Below the pieces are notes generated by a model, which was not told where the DNA came from, did not search any database, and saw nothing but the letters and a program-made list of their open reading frames with translations. Shown here one piece after another: positions 10,999-24,359 of a stretch of 64,000 nt of DNA. Origin of the DNA: Lingula anatina (Eukaryota > Animalia > Brachiopoda); NCBI GenBank assembly GCA_051362555.1, contig CM120647.1, forward strand, positions 9,176,001 through 9,240,000. The letters run 5' to 3'. The translations under genes and the position numbers were made by a program. Position 1 is the stretch's first letter, and each line of letters starts with the position of its first letter.

Positions 10999-13900
10999 AT
11001 GGCCTCAAAGGTAGATAGAAGTTGCATAAGATCACTTTTAACTTGTTAATAATGACGTTGTACAATTTTACGTATGGAAGAATTTGATATTTCCGCAGGG
11101 GCGGGAAGAGATTATTTCTTTTTTTTTTTTTCCATCCGTTCATCTGTCTACAAAATATGGTGAATTGACCAAAATTTTGGAACAGTTTCTTTTAAAGTAT
11201 AATGAAAACAATCTTAGGTCTGATTTTAATAATCGTTACTGCCCAAAATAACGTTCTTTATTTTTTTTATCATTTATTTTTTGAAAAAATTACGATCCTC
11301 ACAGCACTTCAGTTTCAAAGCAGCAGCTATTTCTTTTCTTTTTACGTCATGCAACGTTTTGTTTGTAAAAATGGCATTTGTTCTCAAATTCTGTATCATT
11401 TCTAGTTTGAAATCCCCAAACTTCCAAACGTGGAGCAGATGGATTTTAGCAAGATGGACATGACGGACCCAGACGAAGTCAACATTGAAGCATACTTCAC
11501 AGCTTCTGAGCTTGCCAAGCTGTCAGATTATGAAAAACTCAGACTAAGAAATATCAAAAGAAATTATCAAGTCTTAAAAGATTTAGGTTATTTTCTGTTT
11601 TTTTAAATTTTTTTTCCATGTTCATTTTAAATATTCTAAAATCAGAGTTTAAAATTTTCAGTATGAATACTAACCAAACATTTGATGAAAAAAATTAAGT
11701 GCATTATAACATAAATAAAAAGTGTAATTTTCTATGTAAGTTACGAAGTTTCTAAAACAATTTACTATGAAAAATTGAATATAGAATTATAATTCACTAG
11801 TTATTATATTTAGTTATATATAATATATTTAGTTAATATATGTTGGTCTTTATTTTTTATTTGTAGGTCTCCCAATTGCTAAGCCTCAGTTCATGAAGCC
11901 AAAGAAGAAACCAGCTCAGAAGAAAAAGGTGAAAGATGAGAGTTCTGGAAGCGATGAAGAGTGGACACCAGAGTTAGACAGAAGAAGGAGTGGAAGAGGT
12001 AAAATGGAAACACATGTAAAATAATTAATATATCATTTAAATTCAGACCTGTTAAAATAGTTTGATTTGGTTTGATTACCATTTGTTGAAGAATTCATGA
12101 GCTTAAACTATTTCATTTAGTCTATTTTAAATTCTAACCAGAACTTGAAATACCCCATGGACTGGGTATTTCTCTACAATTTCATATCATTATTTAATAC
12201 AATTTTTTTTCAGCATTAAAGAATGTGGAAAGATTTCAACCTCCACCAAAGCCAGACAGAACTGTTCAGAGAACAAAAACAAAAGTGATTTAATGATTTT
12301 TTACAAATTGTAAAAAAAAAGAAAAAAAAAAAGAAAAGAAAATAACTATTCTATCCCAACATCTAATTTGCCAGTAATTTTACACAACAAAATATTTTAA
12401 CCTTCACTTTTTTCATAGTATGCAATCTACTTGCACATGTGAAGTGTAGCTGTTATTGACATTTGTGATTAACAAATATTCATAATTTTTTATTTTTTTA
12501 AACAGTGTGATAATTTTTTAGGTAAACAGCATGAAAGATAAAGAGGAGAATTTAAAGGCAATAAAAACCAAAAAAAAATCGGTGTCATTGGGAACAAATT
12601 CAACATCAGACATTGTTCATAAAGGTGAGTTGTATGGTATTTATTTAAAGATATAAAGAGAGGACTAAATTAAATGCAATTCGTTAACGAAATAATTTTG
12701 TGTTTAAGAAACTGATAAATTAAAATATATGGCTTAACAGCCTTTGAAAGAATACATTTTTTATTTAACATATTTATTATTAGCTAAAAAAATAGTTAAT
12801 TTAAGTTGAAGTTTAGTTGGTTCTAGTTTTCAGTTTAAAAATAACTGCCATTTTTTGTCATGTTGTTGGTGTGAATGCTCAGATAAAGGGAAAAAAAACA
12901 ATCACATGTATGTATTTGAAAAATGACCATTTTATGAATTGCCTGAAATTAAAATGAACTTGGTTTTAAAATAATTTTTAGTAAACTATATCTGATCTAT
13001 GTCAGGAGTACACCAACCAAGATATCCTAAAAGAAAAGCTGGGGACAAAAACTACAAAGACCTAGAGGTTCCAGATGATGATGCCTTTTTGTGTAAGTCT
13101 GCAGTTTAAGTGCCTACATAATCCATTTGACAGCACATGAGGACCTTTTATTATTAATTTTTTGAAATTTATTTGTTTGCCATTTCAAAAAAGAAGGTAC
13201 AGGTTGCTTACTTATCACAAATGATGTAGTATTTTGACTCTTTTTATCTTACTTACAGAAGCACACTATAGTCTTATGCTAGTACATAGATGCTAGACAT
13301 TTGCAAGGTGTTGGTAGATTAATAGAAATTTAAATGCAAATAAAATGTTAATAAGTTACTTTCTGCCTCAGATTGTGATGAGTGTAACATGGAGTATGAA
13401 GGAGACTGTCCAGTACATGGTCCTCTCAATATCATACAAGATGTGCAGGTACATGTACTATAGTTTACTTGAACAGTTTGCAGACATTTTGTATTTTGTC
13501 CTAAACATAACATGTTAAATAAAATAATGCATCATTTTTACAAAAAGTGCAAACACTTTAATTGTTTGGCAATGTGTGATCAATTAATTGGTGTGAATTT
13601 TTTAAATATACACCTATGCTTAGAGTTGAGATTTCAACACTTTTGTTGGATACAGTTAACTACTGGTCGTGACTATGTCTTTTCCACATATTTTAATTTT
13701 TTTCGTCTTGTATACAGATACACCAAGTAATTTTACTTCTAAATTCATAGGTACCAGCTGATGGTTCAGATCCAGAGAGAGCAAGGAAAACCCTGCCTCC
13801 TTATTTCAACATTTATACGTCACAAATTCCTGATGCAGGTCTTGGTGTTTGGGTCATCAGACCACTCAAAAATAGAACCAGGTTTGGACCTTACGAGGGA

Positions 13901-15506
13901 GAAATTTCTACAGACACAACCAAGGCACACGAGTCTGGCTACAGTTGGCAGGTATGTTAAGGCTCTGTTGTTGAAACTGGTATTATGAAATAGCAGGACA
14001 TACATATTTAATGTGAATGAAATTGTATTCAAATTGTATGATGATAGTTGGTTAATTCTCTGTACATTATTTTCATTTGTTTGACACAAAGCAAAAAGTT
14101 GATCAATTAGTTTTTTGCTCCTTCTGTTAAAAAAAGCTGTCAAAAGTTTTTTTTTTTTTTTCATCTTAAATAATTGTGTAGAAAGAAAAAATGGATAATT
14201 TTATTTTGCTTAAGTAACCCTTCAAAAATGACAATTACTATGAATTGATATTGATTCTCTTAATATTTTGTAATACGTTAGGTATACAAAGAAGGTCAAC
14301 CCAGTCATTTTGTAGATGCTCAGGACCCCTCCAAAGCCAACTGGATGCGTTATGTGAACTGTGCAAGAACTGAAAGAGAACAAAACCTTGTTGCATTCCA
14401 GCACCATGGTCAGATATATTATAAAACCATCAAACCTATACCTGAAGGCAATGAACTTCTGGTGTGGTATGGAGATGCATATGCCATGGAGCTGGGAATT
14501 GATAAAACCAAGCCAGAAAGCAACCTGGATCTGCTCAGGAAGTTAAATGGTAATTTGGTAATTAAACGTAAACTGGACATAAAGTGAAATTAACTGTGAA
14601 TAACTACACACCCACTGGCACAAGATTAGTTATGTAGATAAGACAATAATATGCGTACATTATCAATACTTTCACAGGAAAATAGTTTTAAAAGATGAGG
14701 AAATTATTTAAATAATCACTTTTGTAATTGTTGAAAATTTCTCAAAAAATTCGGTTTGAGATACTTTTTTTACATTAAGATCGTAAACCTAATTTCGTTT
14801 TAATATTTCAGTTGAGGTTTATGAATGTGACATATGTGGAAAGCTGTTTGCTGATGATGAATATTTGGTGAAACACCGGAAACACCATCCAGACATGACT
14901 GGGAGTAAGAAGTACAAATGTGCATTCTGTAACTACTCCACAAATGAGTTAACTAATCATCAGAAACATCTACTGACCCACACAGGTGAACGACCTCACA
15001 AGTGTGAAGTATGTGGGAAAGGTTTCAGTAAGGAATATAATTTGATCACACACAAACGCATCCACACAGGAGAAAAACCTTACAAGTGCACTGTATGTGG
15101 GAAGAGGTTTAATAGGCTGTCAAGTTTACACACACATCAGAGGATCCATGACAACAGTGCAGTGTATACATGTACTGTGTGTGGTAAACAGTGTAGTCAG
15201 GCTGGTGACTTGAAGAAACACATGAGAATTCACACTGGAGAGAAACCTTACAAATGTCAATTCTGTGATAAGAGGTTTAATCAGCTTCCCAGTCTGAAAG
15301 GACACATGAGAATCCACACTGGAGAAAAACCTTACAAATGTCAATTCTGTGATAAGAGGTTTAATCAGCTTCACCATCTGAAAGGACATGTGAGTGTCCA
15401 CACTGGAGAAAAACCTTACAAATGTCTACACTGTGATAGAGAATTTAACTTTAATTGTGATATGCATAAACATATAAGAAAAGTTCATCCTGAAGATGCA
15501 TGTTGA
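10999..15506 (+). CDS. PRDM9: PRDM9-like histone-lysine N-methyltransferase: KRAB + SSXRD + zinc knuckle + PR/SET + 8 C2H2 zinc fingers, 10 exons, 608 aa
   Basis: Exons 10999-11010, 11406-11586, 11867-11998, 12214-12284, 12522-12624, 13006-13092, 13372-13448, 13751-13951, 14282-14549 and 14812-15506. All introns are GT-AG and phase-consistent (1827 nt). Motifs: ancestral [42 protein letters not shown]; SDEEWTP; [29 protein letters not shown]; knuckle YCDEC..CPVHG; [45 protein letters not shown]; TGEKP-linked fingers. The 12-nt first exon is the least certain part. Confidence 0.93.
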
Positions 15507-15854
15507 ATAGGGCAGTTTAATAAATTATACAGTGCATATCAGTTAAATGAATGAATTTTATTCAAATTTTATCCAATTTATAAATGTAATCACGCAATGT
15601 ATGCGATGTTTTATAATGTTTATTTTATTGTTAACATTTAAATAGATTTTGCAACCATTGCTTCGATCTACACTGTATTAATTCGTTCAAGAAAAGAGAA
15701 TGGTGTGCCATTCAAACAGTTTGTTACAAAAAATATTTATATTATTGTTCTTAGAAAATATATTCTTGACTTTGAAGTAAAGTTAATGTTGATATTTAAG
15801 TCATTTTGTCGAGAGCTGTTCGTGTTTACAGTTTGTTGAATGTTATCAGATTTT

Positions 15855-15860
15855 AATAAA
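15855..15860 (+). terminator. Candidate polyadenylation signal of the PRDM9-like gene
   Basis: AATAAA ~350 nt after the stop codon, followed by T-rich sequence. Another AATAAA lies at 15519. Confidence 0.35.
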
Positions 15861-16469
15861 GTATTTTGAACTTGAATTTTAGTCTCTTATCTATATTTAT
15901 TCTTTAATTTTATGTTGAACACTAACCTAATAACTAAGTGGTGGTATCTGTGCTGTGAAAAAAATTTATTTGAAACAGGATTGAAAATAAGTTAACAGTG
16001 CGTCTGTTATAAATCTTGGATTCTTCGGAGAGTAAAGTAAGTTTCAGCACAGAGCAGACGACATGTCCAGTGTTCTACTAGGGTGATCTTGAAACTGTTC
16101 ATAGAGTGATGACAGTTTCTAATTCACCATTTGCTCGAACTACTGCAATGTTAGCTACAGCGCGGCTGTTTTTTATAAACACATTTTTTTCTAAATAAAA
16201 AAGCGTCAGAGTTTAAACTGTCTGTAAGTCAAGATGAAAACTATTTCTGTGACATACAAATATTTTATTAACAAGATCTGAACAGTAAAAACAAAAAGTG
16301 TACCATTAGGTTGAAGAAAAATCTAGACCTATTTGTATTTGACCTACGATTTCTCGCGTTGATCATAACGAAATAACTGACACTTCATTCTGTAAACTTA
16401 CACTCCTAAATACAAAGCAATACTTAAAATTAAGTTTTAAAAAGTTCCCGATCGTATCCACACCCCGTC

Positions 16470-16543
<74 letters not shown>

Positions 16544-17002
16544 GTAGGGGCGGTCATCATTGATATCCCTTAAATGACGTAATGATCAGGCCTAACATTG
16601 TCCAAAAAGTACATCCCGTATAAAAAATGCCAGTGACTCAAAAACTGCTTTTCATTTATGACTGGGGACAGAATCCTTAAAAAAAGCAAAAGCATAGGCC
16701 TACTTTTCATTTTCAAAGATACATCATCGCTGTTTGGGAGCACTACCGATTCTCTTATCCTCAACGTTGGCAATAATGATACACTGTTAAACATAAAAGA
16801 GAGCCGGTCGAACTGGGCGCCAAAACCACAAATTTATACTTTTTCTACGTACAGCTTCAGATTGGGAAAGAGTGGATGCAGTGCAAGTCGCTTTTTGAAG
16901 TAATAAAATACTAAGTGTACAAAGAATGGGCTCCTTTATTACTATTAAGAAAGTGATAATACAAGCGCTTCCGTGAACCGCGCAACTAGCACGTCGCATT
17001 AA

Positions 17003-17495
17003 TTAAGCCCTCTTTGCACTGGACAGCGTCCTTTCTGCGTTCTGTAGAACGTCCCCGTTTGAGAGTAAAATAATAATAAACTAAAAGTGTACATGTAATT
17101 CATAGAATGACTTGTAAGACTAGAAAAGCACTCCGAGAGTGTAGACCTCCGCGATTTTTGATAATTATTGATTATTGATTGATTATTGATCCAGATCACC
17201 ACCCTAAACTAATCATCTCTTCCTTGGCCCACTTCTGGCAGTTCCTGAAAATTTCATCAAAATCGGTCTAAAACATTTTGAGTTATGTTGATGACAGACA
17301 GACAAACAGACAAACAGGGGTGAAAACATAACCTCATTGGCCGAGGTAATTAGAAAAAAATAAATAAAATAAAAAAAATAATAATAATTGTTAACGTGCT
17401 GACAACTGGCCGATCATTGAGCATTCATCCTGCAACCAAAACACTGCGTGTGTCTCCTTTTTACGACCACAGCGATGCCAGTTTCATGGTCGCAC
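17003..17495. mobile_element. MITE (family of 28944-29172) interrupted by a Helentron/DINE-like insertion (~17080-17352)
   Basis: 17003-17078 and 17380-17495 match consecutive parts of 28944-29135. The insert has a (GACA)n microsatellite and ends aaaacataacctcattggccgaggtaat (stem-loop). Confidence 0.65.
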
Positions 17496-17499
17496 AAAG

Positions 17500-18260
17500 C
17501 AGGATTATTTGAAAGGGGGGTCCGCGGATGCGAAGCCGATCCCCCCCCCCCCCAACCCCCCAATCATTTTTGTAGTGGGCATGCTAATTGGTGAACCGGC
17601 AAAGTCAACTCTATTGTCAACGTACATGACAACAACAACACAGGGGCAGATCCAGGATTATTTGAAGGGGGAGGGGGGGGGGGATCTGGAAAGACAGGTC
17701 TCGGATGCGAAGCCGACCATCGCCCCCTTGGTGTGGTGTTCGTGTTCTGCTCAAATGTTTTGGTGGTTTGGAGAGCAAACAGTGCCTTTTGGTACGGTTT
17801 AGAACTATGATTAAGCTAGTCAAAATTCTAATTTTAAGAGGGGAATATTGGTGTGATACATTTCTCAGAAACCGGAGGGGGTTTAGTACCCCTCCTGACC
17901 CCCCCCCCCCCTCTGAATCCGACACCGCAACATACATAAAAATCCACTTAATTTACTTATCCAAGATTGACAGAATTAAAGGGCAACATGATTGAGAGGG
18001 TCCCATTGGGTATTTTCGTTACCCATGAAAGACAATTTTTAATACCCGAGATGCGCGAAACGTTTATTATATTTAGCGGGATTTCTGGTCCCCTCTTGTA
18101 ATTAGAATTTTGCCTAGCTGAATCATAGTTCTAAACCGTACCAAACGGCACCGTTCGCCCTCTAAAATGCCCCTTCAGCGGGTCCGAATCCCACGCCAAG
18201 TGAAGGGGGTCGGCTTCGCATCTGCGGACCCCCCCTTCAAATAATCCTAGATTCCCCCCT
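17500..18260. mobile_element. Cluster of three related CAGGGGC(A/G)GATCCAGGATTATTTGAAGGGG MITE copies or fragments
   Basis: ggattatttgaa-G-run-(g)tccgcggatgcgaagccga at 17500 and 17641, and inverted at 18130-18260. Confidence 0.7.
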
Positions 18261-18836
18261 GAGTACCCCATTCTCTTGACTTGAGAATACGGCTTATTAT
18301 TCTCCATCCTTCGTGATACGAAATCGTTATACATCAAACACGTATAATTTATGTAATTTCAGGATTTTCTACGCGCGCAATTATCAGAGAGATGTGAATA
18401 AACTGTGATATGTGATTTGATAATTTTATTCCCCGTGAAATGTGATCACTACCTCTCAATGACCTTTCCATGGGGTTTTCCCGCCAAAATTACGTTTATA
18501 GAGGTTCTCTCAACATGTTTGAAATCCCCTTAAAAATCACATTCATGTGCTGTGAAGCTTCTCATATTTTCAATTCAGTCACTGAAGACATTAAAAACAT
18601 TAAAATAAAAGTTTATCTAAGGCGTACCTTGTGTTGTTATTATTTTCTCAGATTCCTCGAGTAGCCCTTGCCGGCTTGCAATACCTATATAATACTAGCA
18701 CTGCAGTATATTTTCGCGGTGTCGCGGAGTTAAAAAAAACTTCTTTTTATCTTTTGGCGCAGGTCTTCGTTTTAAGTTGTTTTATTTTTAAAAACATTTT
18801 ATCCATTAATAAAATATTAATCTTAAATTGAGTTAC

Positions 18837-18996
18837 CAGGGCCGTAGCCTCCGGGGGGGGCAGGGGGGGCAGCTGCCCCCCCTGGAATTTGGAATTTTCC
18901 ACATCGTGATAGGGGGACACCCCCCCCCCTTGGGAGCTTCACCCCCTCATGTCCGCTTACTGCCCCCCCTGGCATTTTGCTCAGGCTACGGCCCTG
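18837..18996. mobile_element. GC-rich MITE
   Basis: TIR ccagggccgtagcc / ggctacggccctgg, flanked by TA/TTA. Confidence 0.8.
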
Positions 18997-19439
18997 GTTA
19001 CATGCATGATAAGGTAGGGCACAGTTCAAGTTTTACAGGAAACACGGCAAAACTGCATTCTTTCAGAAAGTAATTTGCAAAAACTTCGATACTAGACATT
19101 AAAAAAACAAAAAAACTAAACAAAACAAAAAAAAAAAAAAAATACAATTGAGGTTGAGGGCAAATGTACATATGTCAGTAAAATAAATGCGTATCTCTTT
19201 AGTGGAGTTTAATTTTTGTTAGTGTAACAGACTGAGACTGACTGGTAGGGATCCACATTAATTATTATTGTACCTGCAATAGGTTGGACAGCGTGAGATG
19301 AGAAATGTCCCTAATAATAACGAACAGAACAAATTACGTGAACTAAAAAATACATAAATAAATAACATTCGAAATAAACTAAACGAACTAAAAAAAATAC
19401 TTATATAACAAAATAAAACTAAATTAAACTCTTAAATAA

Positions 19440-19481
<42 letters not shown>

Positions 19482-20599
19482 CCAATATTTACTTGCAATA
19501 GGTTGGACAGCGTGAGATGACAAATGTGCCGCCAAATGAGGGAGGGCGTGTATTTATAATAGTAAAACGGACGTATACGAACACAAACGAAAAGACACGA
19601 ACACAATACACAACCACAATCACACCTCATACATACACATGTTACATCAGTATTAGAAGTTTGCGAATACTATCCAATAGGGTTGTTTTTTTTTTCAACT
19701 TTCATTACTGAAACAGCAGAACCTTTTTTTTTTACTTCATACAAAATTTACCCACACTAGCAAGGCCAGACATTAAAAATTCCCCATGATTCACACCAAA
19801 AACTAAATTTTTCACTTTACGTAAACATAGCCTTAGATCAAGTAAAATTTGCGAATATATCTCGAACTTCATTTTAACTTTTCTGTTTTTTTTTCAAATA
19901 AACCTAAATATTGAGGATGATTGAATACATTTTCGGTCAGTATTGATTAAGATAAAAAACAATAATAATAATAATAATTTATTGAGCACTAAAATGTTTC
20001 AGTACATTTTGCAGGCCCTCTAAACTACTTGTGTTATACATACATGTACATAAAAAACAATGACAACAAACTTTTAACGTAATTAATAACAGAAGAGACC
20101 TAACTGCAAAAATAAATATAAATACAAATACATAAACCACGATTGCGTTAGATGTGCCGCAATGTGCTTGCACAACCAGCACAATCTGGGTGCATCATTT
20201 ACCAGGCATTTACGTAATGCGGGTGTGATAATGCAGGGTTAATCCGTCAACAAGTAAACGAGTCATGCATTATAAACATAAACACATACCGCTCGTTTAC
20301 CTGGTGATGAACCTACTTTGACATGGTATACAGACGTCTATTCCGACTTATGGTATATCTAGCTGCACTGAACTAGTTGAAAACAAATCGGTAATATGTT
20401 TTTTATTTTCATTTTTTAAATGTTCATGATTTTGGTTAAAGCTATGAGTGATATATTTAAGTTTCTAACAAGATTAAAATGAAGAAAATCCTGTTTTTGC
20501 AAATAAATAATTATTGTCTTTTTAAAATTATCATTATTTTCTGCATGTACATGTAGATTTAAAGTTTGCCGAAACATAAAATGTACGTTATCATTCCAC

Positions 20600-21601
20600 G
20601 CATTCATGTTCTCGTTTGGCGCGGGTTGAACAAAATCACGAATAGCACTATTTTTTCTCCCTTCCCACCTCAGTGCGTTTTGGTGTAAGGTATCAAGATT
20701 TGCCGCCAATAGCACGAAGTGGACATCTCATTCAACGCACCTGCTACCCTTACTCTGCTCTCCCAGACCCGTGACGTCACCCACCAGCTGGGGTATCAAA
20801 CATGGCTTCCCGTCTCAATAACATAAACAACATTGCTCTAAATTCGTTCTCTAGACCCCAAATGCCAGCGAATTTAGTATCATTTTGTAGAAAACTTTTA
20901 TCCTATTTCATCTGATGTGAAATATGTGTATTTTCACCTTGTTTGGTACGGGTACAGGTTTTGAAACATGATCAGAATCCTCGCCATCCATGTTACAGGG
21001 CCCATGCATATCAATTAACTCATCATGGCGACGAAGTCGGCTCGTCTTGTGTGATTTCGGGCAGGATTTCTAGCGATATTTCTACGTGTTTTACATCTTT
21101 TTGATGGTAGCAGCCCTTGCGATGGTTTGGGTAAGTACAAAAATGGCGCAAAATTGAGATGGTAAACGTGTTTGGGAGAGTTTATCTGCGTGGCAAGGGC
21201 GAAGTCGAAGGTCGGCCATATTTGCTCAGTTTTTCCCAGGCCTCGAAATATACATCTGTGTATTTCATTTGACCTACAAACCAACATCGACTCCCTTGTC
21301 GACTTTGGTAAAATCGAATACCCAACGTTTATACTTCATAAATGTTTATTAAGTGTGTTAAATGTCTTCATTTGGATAGATATTAGAGAGATGAGCTCGT
21401 TTTTTCTGCCATGCAACCGCAGAATCGTCGTCGCCGCATAGCATAAACACGCGACCCATAATGTGAGGTAGTGCTGTCTTTCGCATTTCAAACTGCGTCG
21501 ACATTTACAAAGTCCGTTATTAACTCTAGCCAAAACAAAGAAGTAAGACTCTATAAGGCGAGGTAGAAGGATCATTAGAGGCGTGAAAAAGCGAGGTATG
21601 T
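20600..21601 (+). promoter_or_regulatory. CpG-rich candidate promoter and non-coding first exon of the NCOA-like gene
   Basis: Local CpG enrichment, palindromic CRE TGACGTCA at 20772-20779, and strong donor GAG|GTATGT at 21595/21596. The first coding exon (33325) starts at an acceptor, so an upstream exon is required. Part of this region could be transposon-derived. Confidence 0.4.
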
Positions 21602-22489
21602 TTTTTAATTATAACATTAACACATGCTGGGGGAGTAGTACCATATGATAGTCATATGCGCGGCCTGTGACTCCGAACTTATCAATCTAAAATTACATGA
21701 CGGGGACATTAAACTAACCTTGTGGCAATCACTCTGAAATAGCTATATGTATTTTAACTCTGACATAATCACCAATGCCGTCATGCCGATTTAGAAACAG
21801 TAAAACTGTTTGGTTATATTTAGAGGGTTGATTACACCAGGAGCTACTATGACTCAAGGTCACTTGGTTCTTATGTAGAAGCTGTACACAGTTGCTCTTG
21901 AGTCTTCGCTGTTGAATATAAACCAGATGTGTTATTTTTGTTTATAACAAGACACTCTTTGACCTGAATGGAAATGCACCGTACTCACAATTGCTACTTG
22001 GAATATATTGTAATATATCATCAATCTTTTCCAGATTTTGATGGTGTTTATTTTTAGTACATGCATTTTGAGCATTTTGATGCTGCAGTGCGTGCATATA
22101 TATTATTCAACCACATGGAAAACGACTCTCAATATAACATAGGTTATCCATTTTTTTGAAGAATAAGCCACCAATTTTCAAAAATGAACAAACCAGCACC
22201 TGCTTTTTGAGTAGATTTGTATATAGATCTGTTTGTTTCTGTCTTCATTTTTCAGATTGGATCTTTTGTTTATTTTGTGGTTTTGGTTTGTTTACAATAG
22301 TTTAAGTCTCCATTGCTTCTGTAAGAGGTATTGGCAAATATTGCCAGGTTCCACTCAAACATGGAGTCATTGTAACGTATCCTTGTTAATTGCTGGTGTT
22401 CTACTAGATATCCATTACTGATGTCATGTCATTAAAAGGCAATGAGAGAGACATTGTTATTGATGGAAAGCATAGATTGCATTATGCAA

Positions 22490-22522
<33 letters not shown>

Positions 22523-24359
22523 AAGAGAATAGAGGCATTGAAGAGAGAGAAATAGAGAAAAAGAGAGAAAGAGTGTATCTTGATGATAGTTTTATTTAGT
22601 GTTATAACATTATAATTTATTAATATTGTATAGAATATGATTATTCTACGTATGTTATAGTTATGACACAGTATCAACCCATAACATCTTTGCATATTGC
22701 ACAGTACAGATAACCATTTTAAATATTTGATAGTTATTTCTCATTTTACCCCTATTTGAATTTTTATTTTATCTCCAAATTTGCCATGTGAATGGAAAGA
22801 TATACTCCATGTAGTCAAAATACATATAATTTTATCTTATCAAAAAGATGTCACAAAATTTGAGAAGTGGCATGATTCAAATAAATCTTTTAGCAGATTA
22901 ATCTGTTGCCTGTAATATAATCTAAGTTTACAACTTAGACGGAAGAGGTGCTAGACCACAGGCTCTCACTGTCACCACAAAATAGTTTCTGGTAATTTTT
23001 CTCACATTTTGTACTCCTCAAACAGTTCAGCTACTCTTGACAGATTTACTCACAAAAGCATATTCTGAGTTGGCCCCCTCCCCTCCAAAACACACACACA
23101 CACACACACGCACACATGCACTCAGCTGTTCACATTTTTAAAGACTTATTGACAAATAAGCATAAATTATTGACTGGCCAATATTGAGGAGGGGGGGTTA
23201 TCAATTTCTTTTTAATTTCAATTTCTTTTTTTTTTTTAAGTTCTATATATTTGATGGGTTTTAATGGAAAAGACACTGAATCCTTTTTAAAGTTCTTATA
23301 ATCTCAATATTAGCATCCCTGATAACAATATATTGCAGTCTAAAACAGATATTATAATAAATTTTAAAGGGTGGCAGCTTCATTACAATTAAGGCAATAG
23401 GATTAGACTGACTAACAAAGAGCATCCTTGTTTACAAATTACGTACAACTAAACAAGGCAGAAAGTGTCCCATGGAGTGTTGCTGTGGGTTGACAGCTTG
23501 ATTGCAAGAAGAGGTGCATGTTTTAGACATGATTTACAGTTATTGACTTTGGCTAAGAAGTCAACCCGCAAAAATAATTGACCCTATATGACTGTGTCTT
23601 GACCATTCGGTAAGCGTCGAAATAATCAAAATTCGGCAAAATAATCAAGTCGCGATAATTTAGCAAGTTGTGTTTATGGTTAGGTTCATTGGACCTTGTT
23701 CTGCCTGACCCTAGTTTATGATAAGGGAACACTTGATAACCTCTTCCTTCTGGGAAGTGGGTTTTTTCATTGGCTTTTGTGCAAAGTCAGTAAAAAAGAG
23801 AATACTTTTAAAAGAAGCTTAATTTATTTTGATAACATTTATATGACTGGAAAAGAATATTTTGACATAACCTGCTAAGATTCTCTTACTTAAAAGTATA
23901 TCTACATGGTAGTTTATTTTTCATTATTTGCAATTTTATTTCAGCATGTAAATGGTGTGTGGAAGGTGTCTTTGTGTATCATTTGATGTGTAGTAAAGGT
24001 CCTTACTTGATTTTGTGTATGGAATTTAAAAACATTGATATGTGCTATGTTAGTTTGATGGGTTAATTATATGATGAAGGCTCATAAATTTGATGAAGGA
24101 CTGAGACATGCCTCCTAGACTAAATTGACATTAATTCCATAAAATTGTAAATGTTTTTTGTTTCACCAATTTTGTTTGTGGTCTTTGATTAGCTAGAATG
24201 CCTGTATTGAAGTTTACAATTTTGTAGTTCATCTTGATCGGCTAATTGGTTGTATTAGGTGAACATTATACTGAATAGAGGGTCAAAGATTTTGGACAAA
24301 AATAAAATATAATTAGATAAAGAACTAAAAAGAGATTTTGTTATAATTATAGTTATAAT

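Noticed and set aside
15126-15401. Antisense 91-aa ORF
   Set aside because: Shadow frame of the zinc-finger repeats.
19276-19530. Direct repeat gcaataggttggacagcgtgagatga as LTR or TSD pair
   Set aside because: Only ~33 bp around A-rich filler, with no TG..CA ends, primer-binding site or coding sequence. Best read as a local duplication.
21566-21577. GAAGGATCATTA resembles the 3' end of 18S rRNA
   Set aside because: Only 12 nt match and the flanks show no rRNA or ITS similarity.
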